Source: Paragordius varius (taxonomy: Eukaryota > Animalia > Nematomorpha). Taken from it: 64,000 nt of DNA. Shown here in pieces: positions 1 to 14,100 of this stretch (positions are counted from its first letter, which is position 1; every line of letters begins with the position of its first letter). The stretch spans positions 13,268,001 to 13,332,000 of the forward strand of contig OZ176051.1 in the NCBI GenBank assembly GCA_964247055.1, read 5' to 3'. Position numbers and translations under genes: made by a program. The notes under the pieces were generated by a model. It was not told the DNA's origin. It saw nothing but the letters and a program-made list of their open reading frames with translations, and searched no databases.

Positions 1-512
1 AAAACCAAATAGCTTTGAGAAAACTATTATGTGTTTGTTAGGACCAGGGCGGTATTGTGCATCAAGGACTTGCTAAAACATCAATACACAGTGCTATCAC
101 CTACAATGATTAATTAAAACCATGCATTAATGAAAAAACAACCGGAATAAGCCAGAAGATTTGCAATTAGAGTTCGCAACAAGAATATGTTTTCAGTATC
201 AAGATTAGTAAAAACTACCGCAAAATCGTAATGAGTATTTTTTCCATATGCGTCATTTCCTGACTTATCGCCATCTGATTATTACCTCTTACAATGGAGA
301 CGTTTGCAGAGCATGTAATAATTCGTAAGACATTCAAAAATGGCTAAAACGGTTTGCCGCAAAAGCCAGTCAGTTTTTTGTCATGATATAATACATGAAT
401 TGACGAAGTGTGTAAAAGCCAATGGACAATAATTATGTTAAAATAAATAATTTTCCCTTTATTGCGTATTTTTTACTAATAAACCGGTAAAGAAATATGA
501 ATACACCTGTTA
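1..512 (+). mobile_element. Mariner (DD34D) transposon relic, 3' half of transposase plus right end
   Basis: Degenerate translation gives NHALMKK.PE.ARR, FPDLSPSDYYL (cf. YSPDLAPSDY) and KWL..FAAK..QFF...I.....KCVKANGQ. Many stops and frameshifts. The element runs off the window start. Confidence 0.8.
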
Positions 513-815
513 TTTATTAAATCCCTGTTTAAATAATTATGATATATCAAGTTTAAATTGCTAAAGAATAAAATGGTTAGTTTTCATTTTTAAGCTTAAA
601 GTTTAATATTTAATCCAAACATTGATACTATCATTGTGATTAATTATATTTAATTCTTTGACGTGGTAACAAAGTTTTTATCAATTATTAGCTAAATAAT
701 ATATGCTTTATCATTTATTTTACTAACATTTATATTTTGATTCATGGTATATATAAATCTGATCACACAATTAAGTTAAAAACCCAAATATATATAATAT
801 TATAAGCTGAAGGAA

Positions 816-2708
816 TTATTTAGGATCCGAAAATCGCCCTTTAAATACTATAGCGGTTTTGTCTTTAATTAGGTAGTATAGGAAAGGAGTGTTGATGTAG
901 GTTGGTTCACTAAGGGATCTAAAAGAAAATCCGATGACAGTAACAGCGGCACCTTCTGTACCTTCCTCATTAACCTTAAGTTTCACTTGATGATCGATTT
1001 TACTCAGCGTCAAATTTGCATTTCCTTTTATTACTCGGTTCATGTACCTATGTAGTTAAAGACTTATAATTAATATATATATTATGATGACGCAAATTTC
1101 ACATACAACAGAGGATACCCCTTACGGCTTATATTGACTGATTGTTAAAAAACATTTAATATACGGCGCCTATAAGGTAAAATATTCCTTTAATATGCAC
1201 TTTTCTTCATCTTAAAAATTTTTTCGATGTATGGTTTAAGACGACTTAAAAAAGCCCTATGCAAATATTAAGCCATTACACAAAATGGGTGTTATTTAAC
1301 GGAGTCTAAACGGAATTAAAGTTTCCATATATCGGTTATAAATAACTTTATGCTAAAAAAATGAAAAGTAGGAAACAATGTTATACAAAATGTAAACGGG
1401 CCAACTTAATAAATGGTTGACAATTTAATATTTTTTTCAGGAATAATGTATCCATAATGCATTACTCTTTGTGACAAGTTAACTCCTGACTAAGCGTTTC
1501 CAAAACATTGAGTTTATAATTTATATCCATACGCGGCATTACGAATGTATCAAAGTTAGTAGGGGATACACCATCAAGTTGGTCCAAAAATTTTGGATTT
1601 TCTCCAACCTTTGACTCTAATTCATTTATATCCCTGTTTGTGGGTACGACAAGCACAAATTTGTAATTCTTACTATGGTAGGGTATCACATATATTTCAG
1701 ATCCCAATGTGCCAGAACTAACATGCACAAGTGGAATGGACGAAGCAGAGAGCATATCGATTTCTTTTTCACCGCTTACGCCAAAAAATTTACCTTTGAT
1801 AGTTCTATTATTATTTTAAATATAATATATATAGTTAATGGGAGAATTAAGGAAAACATTTTATCTGCTAAAATATTTTTTTGTGTGGCGTGTCACTGGT
1901 TTATAATAAACAAATAAAATTTTTTTTATATGATGAAGTAAATAAAGCTTACTCGTCAAATTTCTGAGTCCATTTATTTTTAAAATAGAGGGTTGGTGTA
2001 GCCATTAATGCTGTCATAGGATCGATCTCTTGTATAGCGTTTTGAATCATTCCCATCGTTTCATTTTTGATTATACCATTAATAAAGCTACGTGTATTTA
2101 AGTTTGCGAAATCTACAGAAAAAATTTCTCCCTTAATATGACCGGACATGTATTTTAAATTGTTGTTGATGGCGAACCCTCGCTGGACAAACATGTTATT
2201 GCTTAGGCGTAATATTTCTGTATCCTTGTCCAATTGTTGAAGGAGAGCTCTTGTTTTCCTTGAGTGGATTAGGTGAGGTAGGGTTGGACACGTCGTACCT
2301 ATATTAATCAAAGATTAATATAAGCGATATACTATTTCTATAAATATTGATAACACCTTTGAGAACAAAATGCAACCGCTAAAAGTTCTTTAAATGTAAA
2401 TTAAAATGCCCCCTGTATTTTATGTATATATATATATGTATACCTAATTGGATCAGAGTAAACGCCATAATAAGATTCAATGGGGAAAATACGTAGTCAG
2501 GCCCATTGGCAACTAAAGGTTTTCTTGATAACATTGAGCTGAATAGCATTTGTTGTTCAAGTTGAGGATTGGTAGGATTATAGGGTCTATTGTCCTCGAC
2601 GGGAAAGTTTATCCTATGGTTATGTAGAGTATTTTGTCTTTGTCCATCGATTTGGTGATTTTTGAACACAAGTATAAGCACGGTGAGACATGTAATAAAT
2701 TTCAACAT
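816..2708 (-). CDS. Secreted serpin (serine protease inhibitor), about 393 aa, 4 exons
   Basis: Exons on minus strand: 2708-2444, 2298-1953, 1804-1466, 1047-816. All introns are GT-AG and the phases join to 1182 nt. Signal-peptide-like N-terminus (MLKFITCLTVLILVF), FSPL motif, LYFKNKW breach motif, hinge EEGTEGAAVT, C-terminal PFLY...VFKGRF.DP. Confidence 0.92.
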
Positions 2709-3930
2709 ATTTTTGGCAAAAAATATTATGGAGAAATAAAAATTGTGAATAAATAATAATGGTAGACTTCGTCCTTTTTTATATATAAATATCTTAATTT
2801 AAAGAGGTTGCTTAAATAAGGCTTTTACGTTTATATCAAGGTTAATAGTGCTCTGCTGTACAGTTGGATGACTGACTCATTCACCTTGGCATATATTCAA
2901 AATCAATATTTGATTTGATATATTTTATACCCTTTTTTTATATATTCACCTATAAGTCTGACTATATGGTAATTAAATTGAATTTTTTTTTCCAATAACA
3001 ATGTAAATATTTGCATGGTAAAAATACGTAAATGATCCAAAATATATTCATCATGCTTAACAAGTTTTAATAAAATTGGTAATATAAAAACTTTATATTA
3101 AATGTATATATTTTTAATTATTTTTTAATTAAATTTGGTTAAAATGATCGATAAAGACTAAAAATGTTAACTACATATGAATAAAGAGTTATTTTTTCTG
3201 ATGACACATACTCCATAGGGTTACTTATGAAATATACATTTTGACTAAAACAGCTAATATGACACTTATAGGAGATCAAATAAATTATTATTTATTGTTT
3301 TATATCTAATATATATGTATATATAATAATTGTAGAAATAATTAAAAAAAATGATAACATATGTAAAATATTTGCACTGTTGTGAGGGTGTGTTTTGTGT
3401 TTATATGGAGACATAAAGAAATTAATTTATATATTACAATTTTTCTCAATATATATACCTATATTCGAAAATAGCAGGTCAAACATTATTGAGGGCAAAA
3501 AAATTGTCCTTGTTAATATTTATTTTGTATATACAAGAGTTAAATTGTTTTATTTATAGATCATCGCTGATCCTTAAGTTTAAAAAGTTTTTGGCTTTAA
3601 CATTGAAATGTAAGATAACAATACAATATAATCACATTTTGGGGGCGTAATTAAATTATTTTGTGATAGTTTATTATTTATAATTGATGTGTCTGTATAT
3701 TGCTCCATTTAGCCTTAAGTTACGAATTGCAGATATCATATATTTACTGTAAAGTGTCACCCCAACGGCATATCATATTAATTGTGGTGCATGACCTATT
3801 ATTCTCATTTTTGTTATAATAATATTAGATGTTTTTGTACAAAATAAGACCATACTACTATTTATAAATATAAGTACATAATTTATATGAGTGTGTGGAA
3901 TATTCCACCAATATGCCTGCATCATTAACA

Positions 3931-5872
3931 TTAATGTGCATGAAAATTTGCATTTTGACTTGAAGAGCTATCTCTTTGTTTTGCGTTTCGCCAATTATTA
4001 TCTGGTGTTTGGGGGTTGTTATTTCCGTACCTAAGCCCTCCTGATTTAGGGTTTGAATTAGGTCCAGCCGGTGATAAAGGATTAGTATTATTATAAAAAT
4101 TGGCGTTAGGGGAGACTGAGATATCAGAACGGACACTGTATTGTGATGTGAGGGAATGTTGATGTTGATTTTGTCTATTAATATTAACAGGGGGAGGATG
4201 ACTAGGTAATTGATAATTGCCGTGAGGATTGTATGTTTGAGGTGTCGTACTACTGCTTGTCGTCCCATACATTTTACTAGCTTTTTTAGCCATGGTGGCC
4301 AACAATTCTTGGCTGTGTTTAAATGTGACACACAACGTATTTATCCACTCTTTGAGGCCAACATCATCCTGAAAGGTGGGGGGAAGGGTAAATATGTATA
4401 AATACAGTATGCACATTTATAATATTGGTCAATTCACATTATTTTCACGGGTGATTGGTAATCCAGTAGCGTATGGATAAACCAAACAAATGGTTGATAT
4501 TACAATCCTATGTCACTGCAATAAATGTGTTTATTTAATTATGGACAAAATTCGCTCTGTATTACCAATTGGCCAACAATGTGAATTTACCAGCATTAAT
4601 GCCCAATTTAAAATTTTGTAAAAAAACCATTATTTTATATCGCCAGAACTAGTGTTCTATCAGGTAGTATTAACTGGGCCTACGTATTAAATTGGTATGT
4701 AAAAAATGCTATTTTGTTATATAATTTAAATAAATAAATATCAAAATAAAAGCCAAACAAAACCATATATTACTTTGTGTCAACTTTGATAATATTCGCA
4801 CAAACAGTTCCACCGAAATATATTAATATAAATACATGGATAATAAGCATTTTAAGTTATAAATTTATTACTTGTTGGGTTAATATAATCTTTTCTTTCA
4901 TTTTCATGTTTATAATTATGCACTGTTCACCCTTGATCACCATGAATTCAGGATCGACGGATGCGATTTGGTCCATAAATACCAGCTAAAAAACATAATT
5001 TATATTGTTATTAAACATTAGAAAGTTTATTAATTAACAAAATTACGTTTCAAAAAACTTAAAGCAGCGTGCCTGCAAAACAAAAACAAAATAAGTTGTT
5101 CATATAATACTTCAGGTTTTCCCGATTCCGGGTATAATTCAAGTCGATTCGGGTATAATTTAACATACCGAGTTTGCCAGGCTGAGGCAAAAGGACCCCC
5201 AAGTTTTTTAAGGTAGCCATGTATGATACAATCAGATTCTATATATGCATTAAATTACTCGAGATATATATATATATATTTAAAACCATTTGAAATATTT
5301 TAGTTAAAATTATGCATAGTAAAATTATATCTGTTTAATTGTAAAGATATTCTTGTTAAAACCGTTTGTTAACATATATCGTTGTGAGTTCCGTCTCTAT
5401 TTCATATTATTGGATAATTGTAATTATATATAATAAATGGCCCTTAATTAGTTATTTTTACTTTTTGTAAGTGTTGTTAAATTAAACTATTTGCTCTAAA
5501 TATTCGTATATACCCTTTTCATCAGCATCAAATTTGGTTTTTTGTTTGTTTCGTTTTTTAGCCTCTAATTTATCAGTTTCTTGGTTAACTACATCAAACA
5601 CCGTTTCTAACATGATAAATAACAATATATAATTATGCATATATACCATATACACTTCCTTGAACAATTCGAATTCACCCTAAAATAAATTACGTGTTTT
5701 TTAAGATTAAAAATTACCTATATTTTATATTTAGATAATGAAATTTTGTTTCAAATTAAATTAAACCAAGTCATAGAGATATATTTCATATTCATAATCA
5801 GTTATATTAGCCCGAAAACACATAATTTATTTTTAGGGTGAATTTAATTAGTTCAAGATGTGTATTGTAAAT

Positions 5873-5909
<37 letters not shown>

Positions 5910-6946
5910 AAAGTATTTTAGTAAAGATGCTTAAATAATGCTAAAAAAATATTTAAAAAACTTTTTAAATCGATTGGGTATATAAACCCTCCCTTTCGAA
6001 ATAAAATATTCCAGGCATGTTACAATACTTTGTCACATTATGTTGTTTAAAAAACCGAACTTAAAGTTCTAGAATATTAGTTCAATATTTAACCACTAAA
6101 AAATTTTAATATTTTACAGTATTTTCTAATCGTTTTTACACAATCATTGGAGTATGGTTATTAATAAATATAAAGATTAAATAGTTATCTAATGTTACTC
6201 AACAATTATAAAAGTTAATAAATACATAAAAACTCAAACATATAACCTGCAATCTCCTCTTGCCATCGTTCTGATATGACTATGGGAAAATTTTTATAAA
6301 TCTCCTGATCGGATTCAGTTAACTAGGGATAATAAAAACAGAATAAAGTTATTAATTATTACAATAATAAAACTATGTATATACATTTTATCATATCTTT
6401 TATTTAAGGACTTAAATTGCATTGATGCTCTTGGCGCATGAAGCTTTAACAAATGGATATAGTAAGAAAGGTATATAAAGTTTTAGTTTAAATTTTATAT
6501 TTTCCCTCCTTTAAAATTGGATTATTGCCCAAAAACATCGCAATTTTTCCCTTATTGGAAACGTTAATCTAGTTTATGAATTAATTTATAAGTTTTAATA
6601 AATTATTTAGTAGATTCGCTCCAAAAATGGCATATACGACCAAAAATAAAAAAATCTTTTAAAAAAATCTATTGTATAACCCTTCTTACCATTTTACTCT
6701 AAAAAGTTGTGCCCTATAATATTTAAATTTTTATAAAAACTGGCAAGAAAAGCGAGCGTAAAATCAAGCAAACAAAACTTTAATTCCTTTGGTGTCTTCC
6801 TCATCGAAAGAGCCAATATCAAAAGCATCGGCAGCATTGACTTCCCCCCGAGGGGGTATGAGAGGCGGCGGATATCTCCGCATGTAAACCATGGTCCAAT
6901 CTACACCCAAAAAGAATGGATGTTCTTTCACTTCAATCGCTCTGTT

Positions 6947-7019
<73 letters not shown>

Positions 7020-8419
7020 ATTATGAAGAAATTTTTTACCAAATTAAAAGACTAATGGATTTAAAAAGCAAAAGAAAGTTCATCCAGTTCAATCGTAATG
7101 TAACACACTTCCATATATTAAATTAAACATGGGTTATTTTAGAAGAATTAAAAACCGGAAAAAAACGATACGGTATTATAGAAAAAAAACGGTTGTATAT
7201 TATAGTAATAGGTTTAATTGTATTTTAATAAATTTGTTATTTTTTCGGTTCAATTTTTGATAATGTTCTCAACTTTTAGGTTATTTTTTAACAATAATTT
7301 AAGATTTTTATCAAAATACAATATAACAAATAAGGGAAACAACCTATAAGAAAAATAAAATAGGTTTGATAATTTATTGTAAACAGTGGTTATATGAACA
7401 ATTGTTAAACTAAAATATTTTTATCAGTAAGTGATATTGCTACATAATGATGTACGCCGCATTTCTAATTATAATTGCAGATTATTTTTAGTTGCTATAA
7501 AATATTTAAACTCTTATATTTAACGAAAATAATATAGCAGGCGTAAACGTAATTAAAATATAGGTAGGTATTATATAAAGAGCCATCAACCCTAACAAAC
7601 TTTCATTATTTTTGTATTTAAAGTTAAGGTGAATACTAATTTCATACCATATATAGTATGTGATAGCTAAATAGATTTAAAAATAATAACATAATCTATG
7701 ATTTTGATTGCCTTTTTATGAGACAATCTCTTTAAAAATAAAAATTAAACTCTCCACCCGGGGTAAAAAAATTTGATTTTGTACTTTATATTTGCTTCAA
7801 GTTTTTAATAGTGTTTACACATATATACCCATTTCCACAGCAACCCAATCTATGTTCTACATCACGAGCCAAAAGTCCCTCAAGCAAAGACTTCACCTCG
7901 GGCGTAAAAGTGTTTGGTAATTCAACATCCTTAAAATATAAAAAATAGTTTATAATGTTACTTAAATTAATATTATACAAAATGTTTGATAACATAAAAT
8001 AGAATAGAATTTTGACACAGAGAGTGGCAATATATTATTATAAAATGTATTTTACTATGGATGACCAGGAGTATTTAATACGTTTAAACAACTTTTACAA
8101 TGAATCTTATGATATTTTAAAAACATTTATATATACATTTCGAAAAGTACAAAAAAAATTAAATTTGACGGACATAACATAAAAATTAAAAGACAAATAT
8201 TTTTTCTAAAAGACAACCATACTTTTTAAAGCCTTAATTTTTGTCATATAAGCTATTTAATTGCAATTGTAAAGTAAGGAATTGATTGTGCTAGTAATAT
8301 ATAACTCTATTTCAGACTTTGCCATTTAAAACAATGAGTTATATTGAAATAAATCAAAATTTAAAAAGTATGTTTGTCTTTTACGTTTTGTCCGTATAAT
8401 TTGAGTTTTTACTGTATAA

Positions 8420-8454
<35 letters not shown>

Positions 8455-10325
8455 TAATTTAGCAAGCTGACAACATTCTAAAATAAATTACCAATTATGT
8501 CATCAAATAATTATTTAATGAAATGGGGTGTGTTTTAATAACTTATTAACTTAACAATAAAAAAATAACAGTACATTTGATAATATATATAAGAAGTTGA
8601 CCATAATTTAAACAATTTACAATATATCTGCAACAAAATAACCATAAACAATCATTTACATAAGTGTATAAGGGAAAAATTCCAATAATAACTTCCTTCG
8701 ACAGCTTTCAAAAGCCAGCAAAAGTAAAAATTTTCTATTAATAAATAATCACCAATTAATTTATAATATAAAACGTTAAATAATGTACAAAAGTAAAAAG
8801 TGTCATTGCTAAAAAAAATTTTTTTGATGATACATATTTCACAATATTTCGTTAACAAAAAAATTCTTTCATAACATACCATTGTTAATGTCATTCTATC
8901 AATTTCGTGTTTATCCTTCGTTTTGTGCTGACGAAATGGACTGTGACTAGTATACAAAGGAGATATACATTCACGCATTAAAGAAAATTATTGCATAACG
9001 TAATATAAATGATTTGTAAAATAAAAAAATATAAATATTTTTTGTGTTCAAAAAAAAGATAAGATTTTATAATTTGTTTCGTAGTAATAAAATAGAAAAA
9101 AAATAGATAAAAAATCGTCTTTTTATGTAAAAAAATAGTCCTCCTTGTACTAACACTTGAAAAAATTGATAATTACATTTAACAATTGCACATCTAAATT
9201 ACCACTAAAACTTCTATACCTTATAAAATTATCAGCTATATTGCGTATCTAAACTAAAAAATATATTTAATTTGACATATATTTTATCATTCTTTATGTT
9301 TCCGACTCTAGTTTATGACAAATAAATCAAAATTTAATCATTATGATATACCATTAACAATTTAATTTCACCATCGAACAATTCAAATTTACCCTTGAAC
9401 AATTCAAATTTACCTTTAAATATATTATATGTTTTTTAAGATTTAGAATTACCTATATTTTATATATTTTTGAAAAATAAAATTTTGTTTCAAATAAAAT
9501 AATACTGAAAAAATAATAAACTATGTCATAACGAGTAATATTTTATATTAAAAATGAGTTACATTAGTTCAAAAACGCATAATTTATTTTTAGAGTGAAT
9601 TTAAATTGTTCAAGGGTGGTCATTTAGAATTGTTCGAACAAGGGTGAAATTGAATTGTTCGAACAAGGGTGAATTTGAATTATTCAAGGGTGGTCAATTT
9701 GAATTGTTCGAACAAGGGTGAAATTGAATTGTTCGAACAAGGGTGAATTTGAATAGTTCAAGGGTAAATTTAAACTGTAAATGGTAATTTATTATATACC
9801 GAGATACACAAGTCAAACAAATAGTTTAAGGTTGTGAAAAGTAGATTGATAAAATTACCCTTTAAGTAATTTGTAAAGCATACAACCGAGTGAAAACCAA
9901 TCTGCAGAGCTATCATAGGGGGTTCCTTTGCTTAAAACTTCAGGGGCCATATATCCATGCGTACCTCTAAAGTTAGTTGCAAAACAATTTTTTAATAAAA
10001 TATATACCATTTACAGTTCAAATTCACCCTCGAACAGCTCATATTCACCCTAAAAATAAATTATATGAAATTTCGGTCTAATATAACTCATCATTATTAA
10101 AATTAAATATATTTTTATGACGCAACGTTTATAATTTTTTCAGTATTATTTTGATTACATACAAAATTTCTTTTTTCAAAAAATATAAAAAAGTATAGGT
10201 AATATATATTTTTAAAAACACACAATTTATTTCAGGGTGAATTTGAATTGTTCAAGGGTGAATATGATTGAATTGTTCAAGGGTGGTCAATTTGAATTGT
10301 TTAAGGGTGAATTTGAACTGTAAAT

Positions 10326-10360
<35 letters not shown>

Positions 10361-11091
10361 AATATATATTGTATATAAAAAGTATAAAAATAAAACTTAC
10401 ACGGAGGCATGAGGTTTTTTCTTGGAAAAATCACAAGCCAAACCCAAATCCGAAATTCTAACATGCCCATTTTCATCAAGTAAAATGTTTGCTGGCTATA
10501 TAGTTATGTTGTATAAAAAATATTTTGTAACTCAAAATCAATAAAATAAGCATTTTTAAATAAACAGCACCTATAATAAATAAATTAATGATATTTAATT
10601 TAGGGTCTAGTTTTCCAAACGATTATTAAGTTGTTTCTCACAACCCTTTTGGTCGGAATTGGCCTTACATATTTCTATTATAATGCTTTAATCTATAATA
10701 TGATATATATAATTTAAATATATAGTATGAGTAATCATACATTGATAGAACGATATTAATTATTGCTAAAAAGTAAAGACAACAAAAGGCAGTATAATTG
10801 GCTAATAATAGTAAAAGAGAAAAATATTACTAAAAACCAATAATAATGACCTTTGTTGTATTTACTATTTGGCAATAAATAATAATATTTAATATGATAT
10901 ATAATTTAAACTGTAATTATTGAATGTAAAGAATAATACTCTAAAGTACAACTTTAATAGTTTTTCCCACATAAAAAATCATCGGAATGCAAAATACAAC
11001 TCATAACTAAAATTATCCCTACTTTAGAAGATAAAAAAAATCTTTTATTTTCAACAAAAAAAAACAAATGTATTTATATCATTTTTAATAA

Positions 11092-11126
<35 letters not shown>

Positions 11127-14100
11127 GAAAAATATTTTGTTAAAAAACACTAACAAAACTGATCGAAAAAAAGCAAACCTTTAAATCACGATATACTACG
11201 TATCGACTATGCATATGTTCTAAACCAAGGATTATTTCTGAAGCATAAAATCGCATTTCTTCTTCACTAAATACTCCGTGTTGAGATAAATGATAGTGTA
11301 AATCACCCCCTAGGAATTGTAAAAATATAAAAAAAATAGAGTAAAAATGGAAATATACGTACAAAATGTAAATATATAAAGAAAATGAGTTTTTTTTCAA
11401 CAGGCAATCATACTTTTTTAAACCATAATTTTTTTCATATAAATTATCAAATGTCAATTGTAAAATATATTATTGTCAGAATTTCCAATTTTTGAAAAAT
11501 GATCTTTATTTAAAAATAATCCTGATTTAAAAATTGTGGCCATCTTTTTAAAACAATATTTGTCTTATGTTATGTTTTGTTTTAAATTTACCAGAAAATA
11601 ATACTAAACAAATAAATATAGTTGATTATAAATATTGTGGATTAAAAATGTATGAATATATAAACAGATTTAATAATTAAGAATAATGTTTATATTAAAA
11701 TAAATAATGGACCCTAAAAAAATTTATTTTCTAAATTATAAGAGTTTTTACTATCTAATGATAAGTGAGCTAGTTTATTATATAAAAACTCATTTATATA
11801 TATCAAACATTTCCCATTTACAGTATGCATTTTAATGGTTGCTTATTTCACACTATAGGGTAGGGTAATTTGCAACACAGTAATGTATGGAAAAAACAAT
11901 AAAATGTTGAAACAATATTTTTCTTTCTTTTTTCCATACACTACTGTTGTGTTGCAAATTGCCTAACTATAGTGTGAAATAAGCAACCATAAATGCATAC
12001 TGTATAGTGCATTAATTAAAATTAAATACAGTCATGTATACTTTATTTTATAAAAAAATTATTTTCTTTCGTTAAATGGGTAAGAATATTTGTTAAAGAA
12101 TGGAAAAAATAAGAGCTCTATGGTATTAATGATATTATATTCATCAAAAAAGTATAAGAATTACCATTAAGCTCTTGTTTTTTCCATTTTACCCATTAAA
12201 ACGAAAAAAAATAAATTTTTGATAAAATAAAGGATACAAACATGACTGTAAATCAAAATTGCAAATATCAATCAACACATTATTATTATGTTTTCTCAAA
12301 AAAATCAATGTTTCAATTAATTTAAAAATTATAATAATATGTTTATTTGTTTTACCATTCATGAGGTCCAGTATAAAAGCTAATTTATCAGTGGTTTGGA
12401 ATGCATATGTCATACAAACTATGAATGGACACTGAACCTATCATAAAAAATATTAATATTAAAAATATTTATTAATTTCCATTATAGATGATGTAAAAAA
12501 ATTTGAAAATATATATACACATATAATTTACAGATCAAATTCACCCTTAAACGATTCAAATTCACCCTCAAGCAATTTAAATCTACCCTGTTTTTAGGAT
12601 TAAAAACTACTCAAAACTTTTTGAAAATGAAATTTTATTTAAAATCAAAATAGATTATCTCATCAAGACATATGTTATATTAATGATGAGTTATATTAGC
12701 CCGAATACACAAATTATTTTTAGGGTGAATTTAAATTGTTCGAGAAGGTTGAATTGTTTAAGGGTGAATTTGAATTGTAAATGGTATGTATTTATAAAAA
12801 AATCTATATTTTTGGTGGATTATCTGTTCATTTTTGCTTAAAAGCTTTAAATATGGAATAAAACTTATTTAGCTAACTTTATAAAAATTATGAAATTTTC
12901 GTAAATTGCAATTGTGAAAAAAAATTTTTATTAGAAATATTAAAAAAATACCCCTGTAGAAACTAAAGATAGCATGATACGTTCATTGATAGCTAAAGTT
13001 TCACCCTGTTTCATTTTAATACGTTTTTTATCGAGACATTTCATAGCATACCTAAATAATGTATCATATAAAAATTAAAACTATACGGAAAAAAACTTAA
13101 AAATATAAAGACATATGTTTTTTCTAAAAATCATAATTTTTAAATCTTTCTTAATTTTTTTAATATATAACTAACATTGTTTAAAATAACAAAGTGTGAA
13201 TATAGAGATATATATAACAATTGTAACTAAAAGGCTTATATATTATGGAAAAATTGCGCTAACATTTTAACCAATAAATACTTTATTTCGAAAAAATTCA
13301 ATTTAATCATATATAAATTACTGTTTTGGGTTACAGAATAGGGATTATAGATATGAAAACTGGTAATAAATCTATTATATCATTTAAAAAATATAATCAA
13401 CTAGTTTTTGTAGTAAAAAATTAAGGTTTGAAACAGTAGGGTGGGTTGTTTTTTATAAAAAGCAAAATATTTGTCTTTATATTTTAAAGTATTTTTTTGT
13501 CCGTAGAAGATTGTAAAAATAATTATTTTTTAAAAAAATTAATTTGTTTAAATAATATTTTTTATAATTTTTTATTTTCCCATTAATAATTTAAGGTATT
13601 TTAAACCAAATAATAATAATTAAAAAATAATAAAATTTATCTCCCGTTACTAATAAGATTCATAAATATTTATTAATAGTAAATAAAAATATTATTATAT
13701 ATATATATATAGGCCATTAAAAATATTAATTTCTTTTTGGAAAAAAATTGACCACACAAAAAATCGATAAAAAATGCTTACAAAAAATAATAAAAAATAT
13801 AAAAAAAGATAAAAGCGTAAATTTGTAATCATTATTTAAGTATTTATCGATTATTAAACATTATTTGAGAGGACCAACATTTACATATAAATAATTTAAT
13901 TTATTCGCGGTAAAAAAATCATTATAAAAATTATTAAAAAATCATATTTTATCTAATATAAAAACTAGTCAAAAATTTACAACACGCCATTGAATTTACA
14001 AATAATTTTGAATAAAAGCAGTTTTTTTGGTTTGAAACAAAAATTATAAAACATAAAACAAAATTATAAGGGTAAAAAAATATGGAATATAGATTTATAC

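Noticed and set aside
1050-1465. Mutually exclusive alternative RCL exon in serpin intron 3
   Set aside because: An acceptor-like site near 1170 leads to a stop within 8 codons, and no second EEGTE hinge is present.
3858-4401. 157-aa and 63-aa ORFs overlapping the last GRK exon
   Set aside because: Alternative-frame and antisense shadows with no recognisable motif.
6920-7126. YIYIYI-repeat ORFs (also 10252..10479 and 44206..44484)
   Set aside because: Products of (TA)n microsatellites.
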